This document shows, piece after piece, positions 9,588 to 18,641 of a stretch of 32,000 bases of DNA; the stretch's first letter is position 1, and each line of letters opens with the position of its first letter. The notes under the pieces are model-generated. The model was not told where the DNA came from, ran no database searches, and worked only from the letters and a program-made list of their open reading frames with translations. Source of the DNA: Raphidiopsis brookii D9 (GTDB taxonomy: Bacteria; Cyanobacteriota; Cyanobacteriia; Cyanobacteriales; Nostocaceae); the NCBI GenBank assembly GCA_000175855.1, contig ACYB01000035.1, positions 240,001 to 272,000 of the forward strand, read 5' to 3'. A program made the translations under genes and the position numbers.

Positions 9588-10496
9588 TTACTGTAACCAA
9601 AGTTGTAATCTTTGTTCATCCCAGTTTAATAGACTGGCCAGTTCTTCTATTTCTGGCTGAAAATACTTCATAAGTTTTAATCGCAGTTCAGGGTCAAGTT
9701 TCTTTGGTCGTTGAGGTTGTCCAAATTTTCCTATATCGTAAAATAAAAATTTTACCAAATCGGCATAAGAACTACTTTCTAATTTTTCTACAAAATTAGG
9801 ATACTTGCGAAAAAACGACCGAACAGCAATATTAGGAATTGGTTTGGAAGGATTTTTCACTTTGATTTCTAGTGGAAAGTCAGGATCTACTCCTAAGAAT
9901 TCAAGGGTTTGGCGGTAAATACTAGCTGTATTTTTGACAAATTCATTAAAGAGAATTATATGAACATTTTCCTTACTAAACATCTTGAAGTATCTTCTTA
10001 CTTGAGTCGAATAATTTACCCAATCAAAATAAAGTAAGAACTTTATTTCCTGAACTGATTTTGATGATTTTGGTATTTTCTTACCTTGTTTTCGATCTTC
10101 TTGAGCGGCTAAGGCTTCGCTAAAATCTAAAATATCTTCGTCGCTCCATAAAAAAAGATCGCCATGCAAAGAATAAAGCATATCAGGAGGATTGCGAAGC
10201 ATAATTATTATTTTTGCATCAGAACAAAACTCTTTTATCTGTTGAGCCGCTACTTCAGAATATAGATATTCGGGGGATGATTCTCCTCTATATTTAGCAT
10301 TACCTGCTGAGTCAAAAAACTGTAAATACTTAGAAAGTCCTTTTATTTTATGCGGAAAATAATCAACATCGGGAGAGAAATAATGAAGTTCTTTTGGGTA
10401 AGACATGAAAATTTCAGGATGTTGACCCAGGTAGTCGTGCATGGATGTGGTTCCACACTTAGGAGCACCAACAACAAATAAATTTGGTTTTTTCAT
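9588..10496 (-). CDS. PAPS-dependent sulfotransferase (SxtSUL or SxtN type; not resolved here)
   Basis: 5'-PSB motif VVGAPKCGTTSMHDYL and 3'-PB region IIIMLRNPPDMLYSLH; within the cluster next to the third Rieske gene. Confidence 0.88.
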   Translation of the reverse strand: MKKPNLFVVGAPKCGTTSMHDYLGQHPEIFMSYPKELHYFSPDVDYFPHKIKGLSKYLQFFDSAGNAKYRGESSPEYLYSEVAAQQIKEFCSDAKIIIMLRNPPDMLYSLHGDLFLWSDEDILDFSEALAAQEDRKQGKKIPKSSKSVQEIKFLLYFDWVNYSTQVRRYFKMFSKENVHIILFNEFVKNTASIYRQTLEFLGVDPDFPLEIKVKNPSKPIPNIAVRSFFRKYPNFVEKLESSSYADLVKFLFYDIGKFGQPQRPKKLDPELRLKLMKYFQPEIEELASLLNWDEQRLQLWLQ

Positions 10497-10535
10497 ACTT
10501 TATTCCTTACATAATGAACTTTGATAAGTTTAAAA

Positions 10536-11843
10536 TCAGTTACATTCTTGGATCACTGATTGGGTAATAGGTGAGCTTTGGCTTGAAGGGTCGTGCTTAT
10601 GAGGCAATATACTTTCTCTCATCTGCTGTTGACAAATCTTCGATGCAATCATTTTTCCTGCTACCTGATGTCCTAAAGCATTCCAATGCCCTACACAGCC
10701 TTGAGTATCATCAAACCCATATAGGCAAGCATTGTTCTGCTCAGAATAAACCTGCAAATTTGGGCTGAGATTGAGTACACTGAACCCCTCATCCTCACCC
10801 AAACGTGTAATTCGCTTCTCTGGGTAAAACCAATCAGTCAGACCCAATTCTTGCATTTCTTTTTGACGCACTAAAGGTTCTCGTTGAAAGGGACCGCCAA
10901 AAGTAACAACTAAAAAATCTGCTTTCTTCGCAGTCACCTCGTGTTGCATTGAGCTAATCAGTTTCTCTGTGACTTGCCATGCCTGTTGCCATTCAGGGTC
11001 AGTAGGTGGTTTGTAGATATCAAAAAACCCGCTCAATTTTGTATCCTGTTTTCCATCACTAAATAACGGTTCCTCTATAGCTTGAGAAGAAAACCCTCTA
11101 CTAGAGTTGTTAAGAGCATCCCGTACCATGTTTAAAACCTGTAAAATCCGTGAGTGGTCTTTTATTTTCATATAAGTTTTGCCCCACCATGTCAGCTTTG
11201 AGCGATAATTATCCGTATTGATAAACGAAGCATCAACCACCAGATTACCATCTCTAAGTATAAAAAACGGCTTTAGTGAACCTAGTTCATTAGGATAGAA
11301 TTTCTGACTCAGCGCACGGGAGTTATCAACAATGTCGTTGCCAGTATAAAAATCTAGCACTACTATATCAGGTGAATAGTCCCAAACTTTCTCCCGTAGA
11401 GTAATTAGTTCTTGGTCTGTTCCATAACCAGTCACTCCAAAATTAATCACTTCCGCCTTTCGTCCAGCTAAAGCTATACAACTACTGATTTCTCCTTCTA
11501 TAACTGCTGCCAAATTTTGCTCCAACGGTACTTGCATGGACTCTACAAAGGAATCTCCCAACAGCGCTATCCTGAAGGTATTTTCTGGTTTGACCTTGAT
11601 GTGTTCTCGATCTCGAAAGCCATCACTATTCATTTGGATGTGAGCTTCACCTTCGGTTCTATACCACCCGGAAACATGAGGTCGCCCTACCCACCCCCTG
11701 TGTTCATCAATGCTATGGAATGCTATGTGTTCGATCCCGGCAATACGTAACCCAATTTCAACAAATGCTACGCCAAAGATTAGCCCACAAAAAATCAATA
11801 TTCCCATCAATGCTATCTTTACCGAACCCTTGAAGTTACTCAT
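10536..11843 (-). CDS. sxtL: GDSL/SGNH-like lipase/hydrolase SxtL
   Basis: N-terminal TM segment, block I FRIALLGDSFVESMQV, catalytic-type C-terminal GHWNALGHQVAG; position upstream of sxtK/J/I. Confidence 0.87.
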   Translation of the reverse strand: MSNFKGSVKIALMGILIFCGLIFGVAFVEIGLRIAGIEHIAFHSIDEHRGWVGRPHVSGWYRTEGEAHIQMNSDGFRDREHIKVKPENTFRIALLGDSFVESMQVPLEQNLAAVIEGEISSCIALAGRKAEVINFGVTGYGTDQELITLREKVWDYSPDIVVLDFYTGNDIVDNSRALSQKFYPNELGSLKPFFILRDGNLVVDASFINTDNYRSKLTWWGKTYMKIKDHSRILQVLNMVRDALNNSSRGFSSQAIEEPLFSDGKQDTKLSGFFDIYKPPTDPEWQQAWQVTEKLISSMQHEVTAKKADFLVVTFGGPFQREPLVRQKEMQELGLTDWFYPEKRITRLGEDEGFSVLNLSPNLQVYSEQNNACLYGFDDTQGCVGHWNALGHQVAGKMIASKICQQQMRESILPHKHDPSSQSSPITQSVIQECN

Positions 11844-11854
11844 AATATGGCAAT

Positions 11855-12020
11855 TTAAAAAAGAGTGTAAATGAAAGGTGCGATCGCAGAAGATTGAGCA
11901 AAGACAATCAGCGCCCCCAAGGATACCAGGGTGATAATTAGGGGAATCAACAAATTAGTTTTTTTGTTCTTTAATAAATCCGGCAATGTCTTTAATAAAA
12001 TCCCAAGTGTCTTTTAGCAT
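11855..12020 (-). pseudogene. sxtK: SxtK small hydrophobic protein, reading frame interrupted by a +1 nt in a homopolymer
   Basis: ATG at 12020-12018 overlaps the sxtJ stop (TAATG). Reads MLKDTWDFIKDIAGFIKEQKN* (21 aa). Removing one A from the A7 run (11959-11965) gives a 54-aa ORF, MLKDTWDFIKDIAGFIKEQKTNLLIPLIITLVSLGALIVFAQSSAIAPFIYTLF, ending at 11855. Confidence 0.88.
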
Positions 12021-12463
12021 TAGAATGGTTTCTCCATACTTTGTGTAGTTCTTGACTTACTCAATTGGCGATAAGTTGGCAACTCTGGCTCGAAGATTCG
12101 CGTCATTGGATCTTGATTCAACAGCCGTCTTATGAATCCTATTGGTGTGATCATTATATAAAATAAAACTCCTAAAATAATTCGTGTTTGTATCCATCCT
12201 AAAACAAGTCCAATCCTCATCCATATTTGGTAAATAAAACTTAAAGTCGTAGGTGCGATTATTGCCCAAATCCAGAGAAATCCAGCAACAACCCAAGGGA
12301 TAACTGATAAGGAATGATGGCGTATAACTGGCAGTAAAAAGCCGAATAAAACTGCCACTATAGAACCGCCAATCAGTCCAAACTCACGCAATCCTTTTTT
12401 GTCAAGTTCTTTTATCTGTTCCATCTTTAATTTACCACTTTTTTGTGGGAAAAATTCACTCAT
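12020..12463 (-). CDS. sxtJ: SxtJ, small membrane protein of unknown function
   Basis: 147-aa ORF with two hydrophobic segments (GGSIVAVLFGFLLPVI; VVAGFLWIWAII), between sxtI and sxtK. Confidence 0.87.
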   Translation of the reverse strand: MSEFFPQKSGKLKMEQIKELDKKGLREFGLIGGSIVAVLFGFLLPVIRHHSLSVIPWVVAGFLWIWAIIAPTTLSFIYQIWMRIGLVLGWIQTRIILGVLFYIMITPIGFIRRLLNQDPMTRIFEPELPTYRQLSKSRTTQSMEKPF

Positions 12464-12466
12464 AAG

Positions 12467-14305
12467 TTAATCTAACTCGAATTCTTTTTGCCATGACTCA
12501 TCACTATTTCCCCGTGGCTGTTCAGATTTGACCAACAAGAAATTCTCCATAACCAAATAGTCCATTTCAGTTCTCATAAAGCATCGATAAGCATCTTCGG
12601 GAGTACAAACAATTGGTTCGCCGCGGACATTAAACGAAGTATTGACCAAGACAGCACAACCAGTTCGTGCCTCAAAATGACGAATTAACTCGTAGTAACG
12701 AGGATTCGTTTCTTTGTGAACTGTCTGAATACGAGCTGAGTAATCAACGTGAGTGACTGCGGGAATTTGGGAACGAGGAACATTCAGCTTCTCGATCCCA
12801 AATAGCTCGTGTTGCTCTTGTGTCATAGGAATGTGCAGATTCTCTTTGACTTGTGCTACCAAAAGCATATAAGGACTAGGACGATCAAGATCGAAGTAGT
12901 CGGAGACTCGTTCAGCCAAGACTGAAGGAGCAAATGGACGGAAGGACTCACGATATTTAATTTTCAGGTTCATGACCGATTGCATTTTGGGACTGCGTGA
13001 ATCGCCAATAATCGAACGGCCACCCAAAGCACGCGGACCAAACTCCATTCGTCCAGAAAACCAGCCTACAACATTTCCCTGGTCTAAAATTTCTGCAAGA
13101 CGAGCCATAAGTTCGTTATCAACGCATCGATGGTAGGGTATGTTAACAGAATTAAGAAACTGGAGAATCTCCGCCTCGCTAAAGCTAGGTCCCAGATAAG
13201 AACCTTTCATGCGATCGCCTGCTGTTGAAGTGCGAGGTTTCTTATGGTATTCATGCCAAATCGCTAAAGCTGCTCCCACTGCACTACCGGCATCTCCTGC
13301 TGCGGGTTGAATCCAAATATCTTTGAAATCACTTTCTCGGAGAATTCGTCCGTTAGCCACGCAATTGAGACCGACACCACCTGCTAAACATAGATACTCT
13401 ACACCCAGTTCTTTTTTGATAGTTCTAGCCAAACGCAGTATGACTTCTTCAGTCACCTTTTGGATCGAACTTGCCAGATCCATGTCTCTTTGGGAGATTT
13501 TTCCTTCCGCCTGGCGTGGTGGTCCTCCAAACATACTATGGAACTTATGATTGGTCATGGTTAGCCCCACCGTGTAGTTGAAGTAGTCCATATTCAACCT
13601 AAAAGTACCATCTTCTTTGAGATCCAACAAATGCTTGAGAATTTGGTCCACATATTTGGGTTCCCCGTAGGGTGCTAAACCCATGAGTTTGTACTCACCT
13701 GAGTTAACTTTGAACCCGGTGTAGTAGGTAAACGCTGAGTAAAGCAAACCGAGGGAATGGGGAAAATCAATTTCCCATTGTGGTGTGAGTTTATTTCCTT
13801 CTCCCAACCAGACAGAAGTAGTTGCCCACTCTCCTACACCATCTAAGCACAGAACGGCAGCACGCTGAAAAGGACTGGGAAAAAAAGCAGCGGCCGCATG
13901 GGCTTGGTGATGTGAGGTAAACAGTAGAGGAGGCAATTGAGAAGCTTTGCACTCCCCCAAAAGCGCCAATTCTTTTTTTAAAAGTGTTTTTAGGTAAAGC
14001 TTTTCTTTGAGCCAAACGGGCATAGCAGTAATAAACGAGCCAAATCCCTTTGGGGCATATGCTAAATATGTTTCTAGCAACCGCTCAAATTTGACTAATG
14101 GCTTGTCGTAAAAAACAATTTGATCGATATATTGTAACTTGGTTCCTACTTGTTTTAGACAGTAAGTAATCGCTCCAGTCGGAAACCCAGCATCGTGCTT
14201 TCGTCTTGAGAAACGTTCTTCCTGAGCTGCAGCAACAATTTCGCCATCGATAACCATCGCGGCAGCACTATCGTGGTAGTAAGCTGAAATTCCTAAGATC
14301 TGCAT
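12467..14305 (-). CDS. sxtI: O-carbamoyltransferase (NodU/CmcH/TobZ family) SxtI
   Basis: 612 aa; MQILGISAYYHDSAAAMVIDGEIVAAAQEERFSRRKHD, HHQAHAAAAFFPSPF, LAGGVGLNCVANG, FGPRALGGRSI and LVNTSFNVRGEPIV motifs. Confidence 0.95.
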   Translation of the reverse strand: MQILGISAYYHDSAAAMVIDGEIVAAAQEERFSRRKHDAGFPTGAITYCLKQVGTKLQYIDQIVFYDKPLVKFERLLETYLAYAPKGFGSFITAMPVWLKEKLYLKTLLKKELALLGECKASQLPPLLFTSHHQAHAAAAFFPSPFQRAAVLCLDGVGEWATTSVWLGEGNKLTPQWEIDFPHSLGLLYSAFTYYTGFKVNSGEYKLMGLAPYGEPKYVDQILKHLLDLKEDGTFRLNMDYFNYTVGLTMTNHKFHSMFGGPPRQAEGKISQRDMDLASSIQKVTEEVILRLARTIKKELGVEYLCLAGGVGLNCVANGRILRESDFKDIWIQPAAGDAGSAVGAALAIWHEYHKKPRTSTAGDRMKGSYLGPSFSEAEILQFLNSVNIPYHRCVDNELMARLAEILDQGNVVGWFSGRMEFGPRALGGRSIIGDSRSPKMQSVMNLKIKYRESFRPFAPSVLAERVSDYFDLDRPSPYMLLVAQVKENLHIPMTQEQHELFGIEKLNVPRSQIPAVTHVDYSARIQTVHKETNPRYYELIRHFEARTGCAVLVNTSFNVRGEPIVCTPEDAYRCFMRTEMDYLVMENFLLVKSEQPRGNSDESWQKEFELD

Positions 14306-14337
14306 TTTAACACCTTGTTGGTGAGTATAGTTTGATT

Positions 14338-14454
14338 TTCTTCCCCATCATCACTATTAGTAATACTTATTGGCAAGCTGTTGATAAAAACCAACCATTA
14401 AAATCCCTCCAGATAGCAGTGGACTCAAAACCATACCTATCCAGATACCAACAA
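14338..14454 (-). pseudogene. Decayed 3'-terminal fragment of a MATE transporter gene
   Basis: Reverse strand reads GIWIGMVLSPLLSGGILMVGFYQQLANK..., then a one-nt shift before a remnant of NSDDGEE. Closely matches the SxtM C-terminus GIWLGMVLSPLLSGVILMVRFYQEIAKKIANSDDGEE. Confidence 0.88.
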
Positions 14455-14462
14455 CCCTGAAA

Positions 14463-15467
14463 TTAACAAACACCATAGGTAACGCCCAGTTCCTTTAGCC
14501 ATCGACGATAGGCAACTGTGCATCGATCTGACGGTACATGTATTTCCTGTGACAACCATTGCATGTTTATCTGCTTTGAAGGTAACAGTGGTAAACGCGC
14601 TGGCTGTTGAGAGTGTATAATCGGAATATCTTGTTCTATTGTTTCGTCAAATTCCTCTAGTACCGTTGACTCTAATATTTCGGAGCGGTTCCACGTTACT
14701 AACATTCGCACTAAGCTGTTGTCTTCATCAATCGGTGTTACCAGCATCAAATCCGCAGTCCGAATTTCAGAGGATTCAGTAATATAGTATTGACACAAGG
14801 GATGACTAATCCTTTGGTAAAGAGTCCATGAGTCATCTTCGTTACTGCTGTTAAACCTTGGCATCTGGAGTTTAAGGTTACCTATGCTAATGCCATCTTT
14901 GTCTACTTTTACCTCAAATTCTTCAATTTGTGCGTGGTTGCGATCACCTAACCCACCGTCGTGGACAAAAGGAAAATGAGATACATCTATGAAATTATCC
15001 ATTACACGAAACGCACTAGCTTGAATAAAATAAGATTTAGTACAAGTATTATGATAATTCGGATCGTCCCATTCGGGTAATGAAGGTATATCATTGACAG
15101 GATCACCTAAGCACACCCATACTAATCCGTATCGCTCCTGGCAATGATAGATCTTGGCTTGGGCACTTGCTGGGGGTGTCATGTCAGGGTGAGCCGGGAT
15201 ATGTACGCATTTACCTGCTTGATTATATCTCCATCCGTGATACGGACAAACCAAAGTATTATTAACAATTTCTCCCATAGACAGAGCCACACCTCGGTGA
15301 GGGCAGTAGTCTTGCCATATCTGTATGGGGGAATTCTGTTCACGACTGCGCCATAGTACCAACTTAACTCCCAATAAAAGAGCCGTGGTGATACTTCCTG
15401 GTTTACAATCTTCCACCTTTGCGACTACGTACCAGTTGTTAATTAAGATTAGGTCAGCAGTTGTCAT
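14463..15467 (-). CDS. sxtH: Rieske non-heme iron oxygenase SxtH
   Basis: 334 aa, CPHRG/CPYHGW, DVSHFPFVH; directly downstream of sxtG in the operon; Met255. Confidence 0.9.
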   Translation of the reverse strand: MTTADLILINNWYVVAKVEDCKPGSITTALLLGVKLVLWRSREQNSPIQIWQDYCPHRGVALSMGEIVNNTLVCPYHGWRYNQAGKCVHIPAHPDMTPPASAQAKIYHCQERYGLVWVCLGDPVNDIPSLPEWDDPNYHNTCTKSYFIQASAFRVMDNFIDVSHFPFVHDGGLGDRNHAQIEEFEVKVDKDGISIGNLKLQMPRFNSSNEDDSWTLYQRISHPLCQYYITESSEIRTADLMLVTPIDEDNSLVRMLVTWNRSEILESTVLEEFDETIEQDIPIIHSQQPARLPLLPSKQINMQWLSQEIHVPSDRCTVAYRRWLKELGVTYGVC

Positions 15468-15535
15468 AATTGTCTCCTAGTTGTAATGCTCTTATCACTC
15501 TGGATGATCAGGATAAAGGATAATCGAAATAAATC

Positions 15536-16669
15536 TTAAAAATAGGACTGAAGAGTTCCGCGTCGGCGAACGTCTAATGTTGCACAGTGAAATGATCCTA
15601 AAAATGGATAGTAGCTTTCAAAATGGCAAACAATAGGCTTAAATCCCCAATCTTTCAGTGCTTTAATCATCTGCTCCTGGTTTTTTTCTACAATGACTCG
15701 CTCTTCATCTAACATCAGTACATTCAAACCTGCCCATTCACTGACCAGTCTCAGCTGGTTTTGAGGTATATGGTTGGGGTAAGGTGCAACCAAAATGTCC
15801 CAGCTTTTCAGGATTTTTGGCAATTTATTAACATCTACAAATTCTGGATTTACTAGTATTTTGCCAGGTGCAAGAGGCATTAAGGTGGTATCGATGTGCA
15901 GTGCTTCCGGACAATGCGATTCAATAATATGAATACGGTATTCGTCTTCCAAGTGACGTTGTAACCATTCTATGCCCAAACCATTAGTCACATGACTTTT
16001 TTGACCAAAAATATCTCGTCCACAGCGCACAAAATCTGCCGCATCAAAAGTCGGTTCAAACTCTGTAACGACGAAACGCGGCGGCTCCCCCAGTTGAGGA
16101 AACTGGAAATTGAAGTCATACTGTGCGTCGAATAATTGTGGCTTCGGCGCTGCAGTCCACTTAGCTCCTGCCTGAAAATATTCCTTGAGCATCTCTCGAT
16201 ACGCCCAAGTTTCAAAATAGCGGTTGCGATCTGCCATTGGTGCTTCAATAATCTCATTCCCAATCACCAAAAAAACATCGCGAGGATTGGCGGCACAAAA
16301 ACCACTTCCTACTTGCCAAGCTGGTGTGGAGAAGGGGACAGAGAAATCTACAGGTTTAACTCGACGAACTTTGACCCCTTCTGCTTCAAGAATGTGAATA
16401 AATTCATTTAGTTCTTTGTGTGCTAATGTAATCATCTCTGGTGGATAAGGAACTCCTCCCCTCTCAGAGAGTATCTTTTGGGCAGATTCCAATTCTTCAA
16501 AAGGGAATGTCCATTTGTTGATTGGTTCTAGGGCCGGTAACATTGCACCTTCAACACTACCAACAATGACCTCCTCAAGTGTGTCCCACTCATTATAAGA
16601 ATTGACCGGACAAGGCTGCTTGGCGATTGGTAAATCGTTCTCTAATTCTTGGTTATTTTGATTGGTCAT
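15536..16669 (-). CDS. sxtG: Amidinotransferase SxtG
   Basis: 377 aa; NSYNEWDTLEEVIVGSVEGA N-terminus, FDAADFVRCGRDIF, catalytic-type HIDTTLMPLAPG and SFHCATLDVRRRG, typical of glycine amidinotransferase-like enzymes. Confidence 0.95.
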   Translation of the reverse strand: MTNQNNQELENDLPIAKQPCPVNSYNEWDTLEEVIVGSVEGAMLPALEPINKWTFPFEELESAQKILSERGGVPYPPEMITLAHKELNEFIHILEAEGVKVRRVKPVDFSVPFSTPAWQVGSGFCAANPRDVFLVIGNEIIEAPMADRNRYFETWAYREMLKEYFQAGAKWTAAPKPQLFDAQYDFNFQFPQLGEPPRFVVTEFEPTFDAADFVRCGRDIFGQKSHVTNGLGIEWLQRHLEDEYRIHIIESHCPEALHIDTTLMPLAPGKILVNPEFVDVNKLPKILKSWDILVAPYPNHIPQNQLRLVSEWAGLNVLMLDEERVIVEKNQEQMIKALKDWGFKPIVCHFESYYPFLGSFHCATLDVRRRGTLQSYF

Positions 16670-16679
16670 ATAGCTTTTC

Positions 16680-18095
16680 TCAGCCTAGAGTAGTAACAGA
16701 CGCATTCTGTAACATATCATCACTGTTGGCAAGAAGATTGTCAATCACTCGATAAAAACGAACAGTTAAAATAACTGCCGAGAGGAGTGGACTCAAAACC
16801 ATAGCCAACCAAATCCCGATCCCCCCCCATCCTAAAATGATTGCCATGAAATAGCTTCCTGCCAATCCAAGACCCCAGACAATTAAGTTCATTGATACTG
16901 GAACAAATGTATCCCGCAGACCGACCAAAGCCCCAACAATAATTATTTGAATACTGTAAAACATTTGGAATAGTCCCGCCAAGGGGATAAAAGTAGTTGC
17001 TTTCTTAATTGCTTCGATATTCTCGGGATTGTTTATATTTAAATAAATTCCGGCAATTTGATATGGAAACAACCAGAAAACAAGTGCTACAATACTGGCA
17101 TAAATGCCAACTATTGTAATTCCAATCGATGCTACCCTTCTTGCACCCAAAGGGTTTTTTTCTCCTATACTCTGACCTACTCTTGTCATAGCGACATTGC
17201 CGACTCCGAGTGGTATAACTATCGCCAGTTCTGCCGTTTGGAAGCCAATATCATGGGCTGCTAATGTTACCGTTCCTAAATACCCTGCTACCCAAGCGGT
17301 GACGTTAAATAGTGCCGTTTCCGCCCCCCATTGAAACCCCATGGGCCATCCAGTTTGAAAAATTTTGACAAAGATCTGTTTATCAAACTGATGCAAGTAG
17401 CGGAAAAGTTTATAATCTCTAACTTTCAGGGAGAAAATCAGCAAGATAAGCCCCAATGTAAAACTAACCCAAAAACCCAGAGCAGTTGCCCAGCCTATTC
17501 CAGCCAAACCAAGTTGAGGAAGACCAAATTTACCGAATATTAACACATAATCGGCGGCGGTATTCAATATCAGCTGAGTGAGCATAGTAATAGTTATCAA
17601 TCGGGGAACGTTGAGAGCAGAGGCAATGCCTCTTAATGTCAAAATACTAAGCGCAGCGGGAAAGCCCCATAAAATTGAGTGTAAATACGTTTTTGTCAAT
17701 AACACATTGCTTTCCTCTTGACCGAATAGCAGCAAGATAGTATCGCCATGCCAAAGCAGAAGCATTGCAGGTAAAGACAAGGTAACTGCTAGCCATATTT
17801 GCCCGGAAGCAATACGACTAACTTCATCTATTTTATTTGCCCCAAAAGCTTCGGCTGCTAGTGATCCTCCTACTGAGAGAATACCATGGCAGGCAAATAA
17901 TAAGGTCAAAAAAGCGAGCGCGCCCAAAGCACCGGCGGCCAAAACTTGCGTACCAAGTAAACCCATCATGACTGCATTCGCTGTATAAATACCCGTTTCG
18001 CACATTTGTGAAATGACTAAGGGGATTCCCAACTTTAGGCTTGCTCGTGCTTCTAATATCAGATCTGACTTAAATTTTTTTGAGGTTGTTTCCAT
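16680..18095 (-). CDS. sxtF: MATE family efflux transporter SxtF
   Basis: 471-aa MATE protein immediately downstream of sxtE and upstream of sxtG in the operon. Confidence 0.9.
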   Translation of the reverse strand: METTSKKFKSDLILEARASLKLGIPLVISQMCETGIYTANAVMMGLLGTQVLAAGALGALAFLTLLFACHGILSVGGSLAAEAFGANKIDEVSRIASGQIWLAVTLSLPAMLLLWHGDTILLLFGQEESNVLLTKTYLHSILWGFPAALSILTLRGIASALNVPRLITITMLTQLILNTAADYVLIFGKFGLPQLGLAGIGWATALGFWVSFTLGLILLIFSLKVRDYKLFRYLHQFDKQIFVKIFQTGWPMGFQWGAETALFNVTAWVAGYLGTVTLAAHDIGFQTAELAIVIPLGVGNVAMTRVGQSIGEKNPLGARRVASIGITIVGIYASIVALVFWLFPYQIAGIYLNINNPENIEAIKKATTFIPLAGLFQMFYSIQIIIVGALVGLRDTFVPVSMNLIVWGLGLAGSYFMAIILGWGGIGIWLAMVLSPLLSAVILTVRFYRVIDNLLANSDDMLQNASVTTLG

Positions 18096-18254
18096 GAATT
18101 CTCCAATCTTAGTGTTTGCTCATACTAAAATTATGGCTGTTTCATGCACTGGATACAACCTACATTCCACACCCATAACTGTTACACCCTAGCGTTAAAA
18201 AGTTTTTGGCTGGTGGTGCCATGGTTAAACTACTTCATCTTATCATGATACAAC

Positions 18255-18641
18255 CTAATTGCTGATTAGCTTACCTAATTGGTTGGTAATAGTTAGTTGG
18301 CCACCATTGCTGCAAGAAGAGCCAGTATAGTCGTAAATATCTACTAAAAAGCCATTGGATAGTGCAGTTAATGCGGCTTCATAGCCACGCATATGAATGT
18401 CTCGATTTATCACTCCTGAAGTTGGTAGGATAATCACTCTATCTGCGCAAGGACCAAACCCACCGCTGATACTAACGGCATAATTATCACCGTTAGAAGA
18501 AGTATTTTGAACATTGGTAATCTTTCCACCTTTAACTAGGTAGTCAGCTTTAGCAATGCCAACTCCAGTGGTTAAGAAAATACCAAATGCGAATACGAAT
18601 GCTAGTGTTCCGATTAAAAACTGGTTGAAATCTTTCAACAT
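18255..18641 (-). CDS. sxtE: SxtE, small exported/anchored protein of unknown function
   Basis: 128-aa ORF with N-terminal hydrophobic signal-like segment; first gene of the - strand run, divergent from sxtA. Confidence 0.82.
   Translation of the reverse strand: MLKDFNQFLIGTLAFVFAFGIFLTTGVGIAKADYLVKGGKITNVQNTSSNGDNYAVSISGGFGPCADRVIILPTSGVINRDIHMRGYEAALTALSNGFLVDIYDYTGSSCSNGGQLTITNQLGKLISN

Noticed and set aside
13323-13550. ORF opposite sxtI (and similarly 13791..14015)
   Set aside because: 13323..13550 is antisense to and 13791..14015 out of frame within the strongly supported carbamoyltransferase gene.
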